DNA from: Bacteroidales bacterium | GTDB lineage: Bacteria; Bacteroidota; Bacteroidia; Bacteroidales; UBA4181 | Length of the DNA: 64,000 nucleotides | Direction: 5' to 3' | Assembly: GCA_031551645.1 (NCBI GenBank) | Contig: JAVBNI010000246.1 | Span: 2,646-66,645 of the forward strand | Shown: positions 10,458 to 18,894 of the stretch, in pieces | Position numbering within the stretch: the stretch's first letter is position 1 | Layout of the letters: each line of letters starts with the position of its first letter | The notes under the pieces: generated by a model | Databases searched by the model: none | What the model was told of the DNA's origin: nothing | The model's input: the letters and a program-made list of their open reading frames with translations, nothing else | Position numbers and translations under genes: made by a program

Positions 10458-11159
10458 ATGAAGACCATAGCCATTATCCTTGCCAGGGGCGGAAGCAAGC
10501 GGATACCGCGAAAAAATATAAAACCCTTTTTAGGTAAGCCCATTATGGCTTATTCCATTGCTGCGGCCCAGGCTTCAGGTCTGTTTGATGAGATAATGGT
10601 TTCGACCGACGATATTCAGATTGCGGAAATTGCCAGGCAATATGGCGCTAATGTCCCATTCCTGCGGAGCGCATCTGCATCTGGCGATCATGCAACTACA
10701 GTTGACGCCTTAACGGATGTGCTGAACGGTTATCAACAAACTGGACAAACATTCGACCATGCCTGTTGCATGTATTCCACAGCGCCTTTCGTTTCGGATG
10801 ATAAACTGAAAAAAGCTTATGATCTGCTGTTGCAGAAGGATTTTCTCTCAGTATTTCCGGTCATGCAGTTCAGTTATCCTGTATGGCGATCGCTAAAAAT
10901 CGAAGGAGAAAAGTTAGTAATGAATTATCCCGAGTTCAGGAACACACGTTCACAGGATCTTCCCTCGGCTTATCACGATGCCGGGCAATTCTATTTCTTT
11001 AAGGTAGAAGCACTATTGGCCGAACAAACTCTGTTTACATCCAACTCCGGCGCTATCGTCATCAATGAATTGGAAGGACAGGATATCGACAGCGTAGAAG
11101 ATTGGAAATTGGCCGAAATGAAATATAAATTACTATTTCGTAGCCGGAAAATAGGATAG
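10458..11159 (+). CDS. pseF: Pseudaminic acid cytidylyltransferase
   Basis: ARGGSKRIPRKNI, VSTDD, RSQDL, YHDAGQFY, DIDSVEDW. Confidence 0.93.
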   Translation: MKTIAIILARGGSKRIPRKNIKPFLGKPIMAYSIAAAQASGLFDEIMVSTDDIQIAEIARQYGANVPFLRSASASGDHATTVDALTDVLNGYQQTGQTFDHACCMYSTAPFVSDDKLKKAYDLLLQKDFLSVFPVMQFSYPVWRSLKIEGEKLVMNYPEFRNTRSQDLPSAYHDAGQFYFFKVEALLAEQTLFTSNSGAIVINELEGQDIDSVEDWKLAEMKYKLLFRSRKIG

Positions 11160-11186
11160 GGATTTTGCTGTTTATTATTTCTTTGA

Positions 11187-12143
11187 ATGAAACCTAAAGC
11201 TATTTTGCGAGCTGATGCTGGAGTTAATATTGGATATGGTCACTTTATCCGGTCTTTGGCGTTAGCCGATATGCTTAAGGAAGATTTCGATTGTACCATT
11301 GTAACGCAATCACCTACAGCATACCAGCAGGCAGAAGCATCTAAAGTATGTAAATTGATTGGTCTTCCGGCCGATGAAACGAAATTCGGTTTGTTTTTGG
11401 ATATGCTTGCCGGTGATGAAATCGTGGTATTGGATAATTACTTTTTTGATACATCGTACCAACAAACCATAAAGAATAAAGGCTGCAAACTGGTATGTAT
11501 CGACGATATTCACGCACAACATTTTGTCGCTGATGTTGTTATAAATCATTCGCCTCAAGTCATATTATCTGATTATTCGGTAGAATCATATACCAAATGC
11601 CTACTCGGGACAAAATATGTTTTGCTCAGAAAGCCTTTTTTGGAAATGGCTGGATATGCCAAGCCGACAGAAAATGAAAATGTTATTATTTGTTTGGGTG
11701 GAGCTGATCCTGATAATTGTACTTTGCAAGTTTTAGAATATGGGTTAAGGAATTATTCATCTTTTAATTATTTTGTTGTTTTAGGCGATGCGTTCATATA
11801 TAAGAAGGAACTTGAGAAATGTCAATCTGAGGTAAATAATGTAAAATTGTTGTATTCCCTTGACAAATTCGAAATGAGCAAAGTAATGCAAAATTGTTAC
11901 AGGGCAATTTGTTCTCCCAGTACTGTTTCTCTTGAATTTCTGTGTTCTAAAGGTGAGCTATACCTAAAATGTATTGCTGATAACCAGATAAATCTTTATC
12001 ATTACTTTTTAAAAACACGAATAGGATTTGATTATACAGAATTCATCCAAAACAAATCATTGTTTAACAAATCATTGGTAAGCAACTTGATAGATGGAAG
12101 ACAACAGGAAAGATTCATTAAAACTTTTAATGACTTACGATGA
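11187..12143 (+). CDS. pseG: UDP-2,4-diacetamido-2,4,6-trideoxy-altropyranose hydrolase
   Basis: LRADAGVNIGYGHFIRSLALA, VLDNY, CIDD, LGGAD, ADNQ. Confidence 0.9.
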   Translation: MKPKAILRADAGVNIGYGHFIRSLALADMLKEDFDCTIVTQSPTAYQQAEASKVCKLIGLPADETKFGLFLDMLAGDEIVVLDNYFFDTSYQQTIKNKGCKLVCIDDIHAQHFVADVVINHSPQVILSDYSVESYTKCLLGTKYVLLRKPFLEMAGYAKPTENENVIICLGGADPDNCTLQVLEYGLRNYSSFNYFVVLGDAFIYKKELEKCQSEVNNVKLLYSLDKFEMSKVMQNCYRAICSPSTVSLEFLCSKGELYLKCIADNQINLYHYFLKTRIGFDYTEFIQNKSLFNKSLVSNLIDGRQQERFIKTFNDLR

Positions 12144-12679
12144 ATATAGAATTGCAAAAGATTAATCCCGAAGATTTGGAGATGATTCGTCTCTGGAGAA
12201 ATTCCCCGGATGTTTCCATGTATATGTATGACGACTCAGAGATAACTCCGGAACAACAGACAGATTGGTACCGCAGGATAAGCTCGGATAAATCATGTTA
12301 TTATTGGATGATATATTGTGATAAAGTAGCTGTTGGATTGGCTTATATTACTGATATAAATTTCCTGTTTTCCAGTTGTTATTGGGGATACTATATTGGT
12401 GATCCTTCAAAAAGATATGGAGGAATTGGCGCAATTGTTGAATATAAAATTATAGAATACACATTTAATAATTTGGAATTGCATAAACTAAGATGTGAAG
12501 TTTTTGCGTTTAATTTAGCTTTAATACAAATGCATGAAATGTTTGGCTTCAGAAGAGAAGCATATTACAGACAACATATAAAAAAGAATAATAAATATGA
12601 AGATGTTGTGGGATTGGCTATCTTAAAATCCGAATGGATGTGTATCAGAGATTCGATCAAAAGAAAAATTATAAGATAA
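12140..12679 (+). CDS. pseH: PseH-type GNAT N-acyltransferase
   Basis: IRLWRNSPDVSMYM, WGYYIG, LHKLRCEVFAFN, HEMFGF; follows pseG. Confidence 0.85.
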   Translation: MNIELQKINPEDLEMIRLWRNSPDVSMYMYDDSEITPEQQTDWYRRISSDKSCYYWMIYCDKVAVGLAYITDINFLFSSCYWGYYIGDPSKRYGGIGAIVEYKIIEYTFNNLELHKLRCEVFAFNLALIQMHEMFGFRREAYYRQHIKKNNKYEDVVGLAILKSEWMCIRDSIKRKIIR

Positions 12680-12680
12680 T

Positions 12681-12911
12681 ATGGAAAATAGAATAAAACA
12701 ATTTCTTCAAGAAATTTTAGCAGACAAAGGAGAATCACTTGATATCTCGAAAATAGAAAACAATACAAAATTTCAGGAAATCGGGTTAACATCATTTGAT
12801 TTAGCTGTTTTAACAGTTAAAATTGAAGACGAGTTTGGTATTGATGTTTTTGAAAATGGAATCATCAATTCTTTTGGAGAAATTGTGGATATGATAAAAG
12901 CTAAAAAATGA
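12681..12911 (+). CDS. Acyl carrier protein
   Basis: 76 aa, acidic, GLTSFDLAVLTVKIEDEFGI phosphopantetheine-site pattern. Confidence 0.85.
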   Translation: MENRIKQFLQEILADKGESLDISKIENNTKFQEIGLTSFDLAVLTVKIEDEFGIDVFENGIINSFGEIVDMIKAKK

Positions 12912-14149
12912 ATTTGTTTTGGCACGACAGTTCATTGGGTGTGGATATCACTTATGCCCAATTAATGGATGAAATACTCAAATCACCGGAAAACAGGCTT
13001 GTGATAAAGGATCATAATCCTTATGTTGTTTTTTTGAGTATTATAAAAAACCTGTCATGCAAACGAACCAGCATTATTTTGGATGCAGAACTTTCTGAAA
13101 ACGAGATCTCTGATTTAGGTTTAAAAGACGACCTTGAAACTACATATCAGGCTCATGCGGATCCAACGATAAATAGTTTCGAATCCTTTATCAAATACTT
13201 ACTCGAAAATCAACATCATTTATTTATCGATATTTACACATCCGGAACGACCGGTAAGCCTAAAAAAATATCACAGTCTTTTTCCAATATCATTCGGTCG
13301 GTTAAGATCAATGAAAAAAATGAAAATGACATATGGGCATTGGCTTATAATCCTACACATTTTGCAGGTTTACAAGTGTTTTTCCAGGCTATTTTTAATA
13401 AAAATACATTAATCTATTGTTTTCACGGAGATTTTGAGCAGGCGGCAAAGGATATTGAAAAATATAAGGTAAACCGGTTATCATGTACACCCACCTTTAT
13501 GAAGATGTTACTGTCTTTTCTGAAACAAGAAAATCCGGTCATGAAAACAATAACATTTGGAGGTGAAAAATTTGATAAAACCGTCGAAGACAAACTATCA
13601 AAAATATTTCCGGCAGCCAGGATTATCAATGTATATGCCTCTACAGAAGCCGGCAGCCTGTTGGCATCCGACGGCGAATATTTTAAGATTCCCGATAAAT
13701 ACAAAGATTTGATAAAAATCAGCAGCGACAATGAATTATTGATTCACCGCTCGTTGCTTGGCCGGTCGGACGCATTGGCTGTGCAGGAGGGTTGGTACAA
13801 TACCTGTGACCTGGTGAAATACGTAGATGATGTACGGTTCAAGATAACAGGACGAAGTTCCGATATCATTAATGTCGGGGGATATAAGGTGAACCCATCA
13901 GAAGTTGAACAGGTTGTAAAAAGTGTCGACGGAGTGTCGGATGCAATCGTATACGGGCGGAAGAATTCCCTGACCGGAGCAATAGTTGTTGCAGATATTA
14001 TAGTGGTTCAGGATTATCCTATTGAATCGGTTAGACAGGAAATCATGCGCGTTTCCCGGTCGACTCTGCAAGAGTGGAAAATTCCCCGGATCATCAATGT
14101 GGTGGACCATTTCAACTTGACGCGTACCGGAAAAGTTAAAAGGTCGTAA
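12908..14149 (+). CDS. ANL-superfamily adenylate-forming enzyme (acyl-ACP/CoA ligase-like)
   Basis: YTSGTTGKPK P-loop, YASTEAG, GWYNTCD, GRSSDIINVGGYKVNP, TRTGKVKR. Confidence 0.88.
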   Translation: MNLFWHDSSLGVDITYAQLMDEILKSPENRLVIKDHNPYVVFLSIIKNLSCKRTSIILDAELSENEISDLGLKDDLETTYQAHADPTINSFESFIKYLLENQHHLFIDIYTSGTTGKPKKISQSFSNIIRSVKINEKNENDIWALAYNPTHFAGLQVFFQAIFNKNTLIYCFHGDFEQAAKDIEKYKVNRLSCTPTFMKMLLSFLKQENPVMKTITFGGEKFDKTVEDKLSKIFPAARIINVYASTEAGSLLASDGEYFKIPDKYKDLIKISSDNELLIHRSLLGRSDALAVQEGWYNTCDLVKYVDDVRFKITGRSSDIINVGGYKVNPSEVEQVVKSVDGVSDAIVYGRKNSLTGAIVVADIIVVQDYPIESVRQEIMRVSRSTLQEWKIPRIINVVDHFNLTRTGKVKRS

Positions 14150-14231
14150 TTTGTAATATTTGCTCAATATCAGTCAATTTGCAACTACTAAAAAAACATT
14201 TCTTTTGTAATACAAATATCAATTTTTGTAT

Positions 14232-14239
14232 TATATTTG
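14232..14239 (+). promoter_or_regulatory. -7 promoter box TATATTTG for the inserted cassette (second candidate TACATTTG at 14283-14290)
   Basis: Exact TAnnTTTG matches upstream of 14396. Confidence 0.5.
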
Positions 14240-14395
14240 TAGCAGTAAACTGTATAAAACAGAGACGATATGAAACAAAACTTACATTTGCCCAGGAGTG
14301 GCGTCAAACAAAGGCTCCCGGAATAAAGCGGGAGCAAGATAGAATATTGTGTTGTACAATATAATCAATTTTTCTAATTAACAAAACAAATAATT

Positions 14396-15130
14396 ATGAA
14401 ATCTAAAATTTTAGTAATCGTATTTTGTTGGATTGTCTGCGTTGTAAACGCTCAAACGGCAACAGAAAAAACGGCCGTATGGGAGTATCCGGTGAGATTG
14501 GGAACGGATGAGTGGAGGATAACTTCTTATGCTGAAAAAGTGGAAAAGTCACAACCACCAAAAGAACTTTTGAATAGTTGGGATACTGAAACGCTTTTTA
14601 AGTATTGTGTTGATTATCCATTTAATCATGTGACTTTTATGTTTAACAACCCTAAGGATGGATTTAAGCGCGTATATGAGCAATCTACCGTGTGGCAGGA
14701 ATTTATAAAGCGAAAAGATGCATTAAATGTCTTTGCCCAATATTTTGAAGCCCGTCCGCTTAAACGATTATTTGAGATTTCTAACACCAAAGTACGTACT
14801 GATGAACTGCTTACTCTATTTGTTCTCGAAAAAGTGGTTTCGGAAACAGATTTTGCAGTTCATCTAGATTCATCAGGCAAAAGAAAATTGGCGGATATTA
14901 TCTTGCATACTCACCAAGGCAAGAAAGATTATCCCAATGAATTATTCGGATTCCCTTACAATTCTTCTTTAAGTGCGCTTCTTAAAATTTTAGAATGCGA
15001 CCAGGTTACATCCTCTAATGATGAAATATCGTTGATAAAATTCCGTGAAAAAACGGGTAATGAGTCTTTCATTGATGAGCGTATGGAAACTGCAATCATC
15101 ACAAGAATTTCTAACTATATAAATAAATAA
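14396..15130 (+). CDS. Exported hypothetical protein, paralog of 15133-15882
   Basis: Sec signal ending VNA|Q; YPVRLGTDEW...SYAEKVEKSQPP...FMFNN...GF...RKDA aligns by eye with the next ORF. Confidence 0.8.
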   Translation: MKSKILVIVFCWIVCVVNAQTATEKTAVWEYPVRLGTDEWRITSYAEKVEKSQPPKELLNSWDTETLFKYCVDYPFNHVTFMFNNPKDGFKRVYEQSTVWQEFIKRKDALNVFAQYFEARPLKRLFEISNTKVRTDELLTLFVLEKVVSETDFAVHLDSSGKRKLADIILHTHQGKKDYPNELFGFPYNSSLSALLKILECDQVTSSNDEISLIKFREKTGNESFIDERMETAIITRISNYINK

Positions 15131-15132
15131 CA

Positions 15133-15882
15133 ATGAAATATTTGATATCTTTATTAAGCGTCATGTTATTTGCTTCGTGTGCAAATAATGAGATGTCCGA
15201 TGAAAATAACGTCGATATAAGTTGTGACCAATTTGATACTTCCGGATTGAAACTATATCCGTTTGTTCCATTTACAGATGAAGAATGGCGGGCAATGAGT
15301 TATGCATACAAAATGGAACGGCGGCAAATTCCTGAAGATTTTTTACGCGAAATGACCACTAAAGAACTTTTTTATCAGGTTGTTTACACCGATTTGTCAA
15401 AAGACATGTTCGTGTTTAACACGATGCAGCAAGGTTTTGAAGCTGTTACCGAACGATTGAACATGTTTCCCGAATTATTGAATCGACCAGATGCAGGACA
15501 CGTACTTCTGGAAATATTGCAAAAGATAGATCCGTCAAAAATAGACGGACAGGATTGTTTCTGGTTTAACCATTGTTTACAGATAATTTTAGCACAACCA
15601 GAAATAATTAACCGTATGACAGACGAGGATATTGACAACTATATTCAACAACAAATTCGCTGTCATGATGTTATTAGAGATTTGAAAAGCGACTATCCCG
15701 CAAGTGCGGCTTTGATTTTGTTCGGACTTGGCAATGTAATGATCCGCTATGAATTTGAGCCTTTTATGCAGACACTTAACAGACACCCGGTCACAAATGA
15801 ATTATATTGGAATACTCAGTGTATAAATGAACAACACGCTTTGCAAGTAATTAATTACATTAAACAATTTAAGAATAGATGA
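15133..15882 (+). CDS. Hypothetical lipoprotein, paralog of 14396-15130
   Basis: Lipobox FASC followed by acidic residues; YPFVPFTDEEW...SYAYKMERRQIP...FVFNT...GF...RPDA. Confidence 0.8.
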   Translation: MKYLISLLSVMLFASCANNEMSDENNVDISCDQFDTSGLKLYPFVPFTDEEWRAMSYAYKMERRQIPEDFLREMTTKELFYQVVYTDLSKDMFVFNTMQQGFEAVTERLNMFPELLNRPDAGHVLLEILQKIDPSKIDGQDCFWFNHCLQIILAQPEIINRMTDEDIDNYIQQQIRCHDVIRDLKSDYPASAALILFGLGNVMIRYEFEPFMQTLNRHPVTNELYWNTQCINEQHALQVINYIKQFKNR

Positions 15883-15883
15883 A

Positions 15884-17074
15884 ATGAAAAAGATATTTTT
15901 AATGCTACTTATTTCCGGGCTTCAATATAGCATATTTGCACAATGTGGGACCGGACTATGTAATGAATTTTTCGTTAAAACGCCAAACCTCAGTAATGTT
16001 AAAGCGTGTTCCAGTGGCTGTTGGCCTGATGACTACGTCGCAAGATTTGACGCAGATACCAGAGGATATGCCATATCGTCTGCTCATATTTATGAAGGAG
16101 GCACCAATGATTACAACTGCCATGGTTATGCATGGCATGTGAAAGAGGGAGGAAACAGGGTTTGGATCAATAATTTAGGCGAGGAAGTAGGGAATGTTAA
16201 TGCATATTGGATTGACAATAGCTATACTCTTTATAATAAATACAATAATCCACACAACCAAAATCTGAAAGTTTTTTATGGTTCTGATGATCATTCTGCA
16301 ATAACAACATCTGATCCGAATGTTTTCATTTCCAAAATGGGAGCTGGTTGTTTGGTTGCCCACCGTTGGGATAATTCACCATATAATGCGAGCAATTTGA
16401 GATATTATAGTAAATATCCCGCTCTAACTTTTTATATAAGTCATAATGTAGACCCACTTTTTGGTACTACCCCGAACAATTACGTCCATTTATCATTATC
16501 GTCAGTGAATGGGGTGGTGCCAACATATCTTAATGGTTATTCCTGGGCATGGTATGTGCATTTGAAGGGTGGCTGGGAAGAAAACTGGCAAGTGATTGAT
16601 GTAACAAGAGGGGCCAATCAGGCTACTGATTTGCATATTAGCGCAAATACAATCTATTATGGCGACCTGGATATAGAGATTAAGTGCGTAGGTGAAAATG
16701 GCGTAACAGGGCAAAGATATACGGCATACGGAACCATAAGATGTTATGATTGTCAGTTTAGCACTTCATGGATCAAAAGCGGCGCGATGATTGCCTATCC
16801 CAACCCTGTATCCGATATACTGAATGTCGATCTTGACCAATTGTTGACTATTGAGTCGCAGCAGGCAACCACCAACGGCAAGCAGATAAAGCAGGGCAAA
16901 ACTTTCGATGTGCGCCTGTATGACGGGCAGGGCAACCTTCTGCGGCACAAAAAAACGCAGGGAGGAAAAGTGGAATTTGATGTATCCACGCTGCCCAACG
17001 GCATCTATCATCTTCATATTTACGATGGGGTGAATAGCAAGCCGGAAATGCGGCAGGTTGTCGTCGAACACTGA
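15884..17074 (+). CDS. T9SS type A sorting domain protein with putative papain-like Cys/His domain
   Basis: Signal peptide IFA|Q; YNCHGYAW, DDHSAI, ISKMG motifs; C-terminal AYPNPVSDILNV...LPNGIYHLHI...VVVEH T9SS CTD. Confidence 0.85.
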   Translation: MKKIFLMLLISGLQYSIFAQCGTGLCNEFFVKTPNLSNVKACSSGCWPDDYVARFDADTRGYAISSAHIYEGGTNDYNCHGYAWHVKEGGNRVWINNLGEEVGNVNAYWIDNSYTLYNKYNNPHNQNLKVFYGSDDHSAITTSDPNVFISKMGAGCLVAHRWDNSPYNASNLRYYSKYPALTFYISHNVDPLFGTTPNNYVHLSLSSVNGVVPTYLNGYSWAWYVHLKGGWEENWQVIDVTRGANQATDLHISANTIYYGDLDIEIKCVGENGVTGQRYTAYGTIRCYDCQFSTSWIKSGAMIAYPNPVSDILNVDLDQLLTIESQQATTNGKQIKQGKTFDVRLYDGQGNLLRHKKTQGGKVEFDVSTLPNGIYHLHIYDGVNSKPEMRQVVVEH

Positions 17075-17119
17075 GAAGGCAAGATGAACTTGTTTAATAA
17101 CCATTAAATTTTTACCATT

Positions 17120-17683
17120 ATGGCAAAATCGAACAATAATGTAATTACCCACGGATTGAGCGGTAAAATCGGGGATTTGCTCGTATTCCGTCAGGTAAGG
17201 GGCAAAACCGTTGTATCCAAAATGCCTCAGATGCCGGCAAAGTCAAGTGAAAGCCAACAAGCACACCATCGTCGGTTCCAACAGGGCGTGCTGTACGGTA
17301 AGGCTGCCGTGAATGATCCCGCCACCAGCGGACTCTACGCGGAAAGAGCCGCCGCCCAGAAGCGGACAGCATTCAATGTGGCTGTCGCTGATTTCTTCAA
17401 TGCTCCCGATATCGAACACGTCGATATTTCAGACTACACCGGGCAACCGGGTGATATAATCCGCATCCGGGTACACGACGACTTTATGGTCAAATCCGTA
17501 ACTGTCAATATCGCCAACGCCGACGGTTCGCTGGTAGAAGAAGGCGAGGCGCAACCCGATGCATCAGGCTACGTCTGGACATACACGGCTACCCAGGCTA
17601 ATGAAAGCCTTGACGGCGACAGGATCGCCATTTCGGCCTCGGACATGCCGGGAAATATTACGCGTGGCGAACAGGAATTATAA
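17120..17683 (+). CDS. Conserved Bacteroidota hypothetical protein (basic N-terminus GLSGKIGDLLVFRQ, Ig-like C-terminus)
   Basis: 187-aa ORF with high-GC codon usage; ends in an Ig-like AISASDMPGN strand; no signal peptide. Confidence 0.75.
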   Translation: MAKSNNNVITHGLSGKIGDLLVFRQVRGKTVVSKMPQMPAKSSESQQAHHRRFQQGVLYGKAAVNDPATSGLYAERAAAQKRTAFNVAVADFFNAPDIEHVDISDYTGQPGDIIRIRVHDDFMVKSVTVNIANADGSLVEEGEAQPDASGYVWTYTATQANESLDGDRIAISASDMPGNITRGEQEL

Positions 17684-17764
17684 GGCTCGGAAGCCGAGCT
17701 ATCACAGATATTTTCGTGTCGGTTTACGCTGGCAATAATCAACAATGGCTCGGTTCTATGTTGG

Positions 17765-17808
17765 AGTATAGGATCAGTATAAGATGAGTATAGGATCAGT
17801 ACAGGATC
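17765..17808. repeat. 11-bp tandem repeat x4 (AGTATAGGATC AGTATAAGATG AGTATAGGATC AGTACAGGATC)
   Basis: Read directly. Confidence 0.9.
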
Positions 17809-17877
17809 GATAACGTTTTCCGGAACAGAATATGGCTTTTCTGTGTCTTAAAAATAAACATATGTCCAACGCAAAAT

Positions 17878-17903
17878 CCCGGAGGGTTTCAAAAACTTCC
17901 GGG
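17878..17903. repeat. REP-like imperfect palindrome CCCGGAGGGTTT-CA-AAAACTTCCGGG
   Basis: 10 of 12 positions complementary. Confidence 0.6.
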
Positions 17904-17980
17904 GTAGAATGTAAAAGATAAGAAAGCCATCTACTGTTAAATTAAGCAATTGGATATTATCCACTTTCGTTCATGATCCC

Positions 17981-18021
17981 GCCTGAACGGATTCCCTGCC
18001 TGAACGGCGTAGTCGGGCAGG
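17981..18021. repeat. GCCTGAACGG direct repeat plus CCTGCCTGA...TCGGGCAGG palindrome
   Basis: Direct repeat at 17981-17990 and 17998-18007; inverted arms at 17995-18003 and 18013-18021. Confidence 0.65.
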
Positions 18022-18056
18022 ATCGCTTTGCCAAGTAAGATTTCTGCGTTTCGCGC

Positions 18057-18105
18057 CAATAATCAATAGTCAATAATCAATAATCGATTATCAATAGCCA
18101 ATTAT
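18057..18105. repeat. Degenerate heptamer tandem repeat, 7 units (consensus CAATAAT)
   Basis: CAATAAT CAATAGT CAATAAT CAATAAT CGATTAT CAATAGC CAATTAT. Confidence 0.85.
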
Positions 18106-18171
18106 TTAAATGATTATTTTTGCTGAGTTTATTGATATCTTGTCGGATCATTGAAATTTAGTTATGTGCGG

Positions 18172-18894
18172 ATGAAAACAATATTGTTGACGGGAGACTC
18201 ACGAGGAGTCGGCCATGTGATTGCTAAGTTGCTGTTGAATAACACATATAAAGTCATAGGTATTAGCCGTCGCAGGAATAAAGAAATTGACCGCCTCTGC
18301 GATCAGTTTGGCGAAAATTATACCCATCTCGATTATGACCTGGAAGATGTTGCGGGCATAAAAGATTTATACCTTCATCAGGTTAAACCCTTAGGTCCCA
18401 TACATGCATATGTCAATAATGCAGCTATCGCCTATGATGACATTATCACCAATCTCGCTTTGGATCCGTTGGAAAAAATGTACCGGGTGAATGTTTTTTC
18501 ACCCATGATGATGACAAAGTATATCATTCGTGACATGTTATTGCATAAAACCCAAGGGTCTGTTATCCATATTTCCTCCATTAGCGTTCATACCGGTTAC
18601 AAAGGTTTGGCCATGTATGCATCCACCAAAGGGGCATTGGAAGCCTTTTCGAAAAACACAGCACGGGAGTGGGGCAAGGCAGGAATACGTTCAAATGTTG
18701 TTTGCCCCGGTTTTATGGCAACCGACATGAGCGCAAAACTCGATGATGAGCAACAAAATAAGATATTCAGCAGAAATTCAATGGGTAAGCTTATAGATAT
18801 TGACTCTGTTGCATCAACAGTTGAATTTTTATTAAGCGACCGATCCGGGAGCATAACCGGCCAGGTAATTCATACGGACAATGGAACCATCTAA
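18172..18894 (+). CDS. SDR oxidoreductase, FabG-like ketoacyl-ACP reductase
   Basis: TGDSRGVG, VNNAA, YASTK, PGFMATDM; ATG at 18172 preferred. Confidence 0.88.
   Translation: MKTILLTGDSRGVGHVIAKLLLNNTYKVIGISRRRNKEIDRLCDQFGENYTHLDYDLEDVAGIKDLYLHQVKPLGPIHAYVNNAAIAYDDIITNLALDPLEKMYRVNVFSPMMMTKYIIRDMLLHKTQGSVIHISSISVHTGYKGLAMYASTKGALEAFSKNTAREWGKAGIRSNVVCPGFMATDMSAKLDDEQQNKIFSRNSMGKLIDIDSVASTVEFLLSDRSGSITGQVIHTDNGTI

Noticed and set aside
14295-14305. GGAGTGGCGTC resembles GGGGTGGCGTC on the minus strand at 62734-62744, both in leaders of exported-protein genes
   Set aside because: A 10/11 match between two sites in 64 kb can arise by chance, and the structural contexts differ.
14179-14364. 61-aa ORF ahead of the T9SS cassette
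   Set aside because: TTG start, overlaps promoter boxes, no recognisable features.
17765-18105. Possible CRISPR array among the repeats
   Set aside because: Units are 7-11 bp and directly tandem with no unique spacers; no cas genes in the window.
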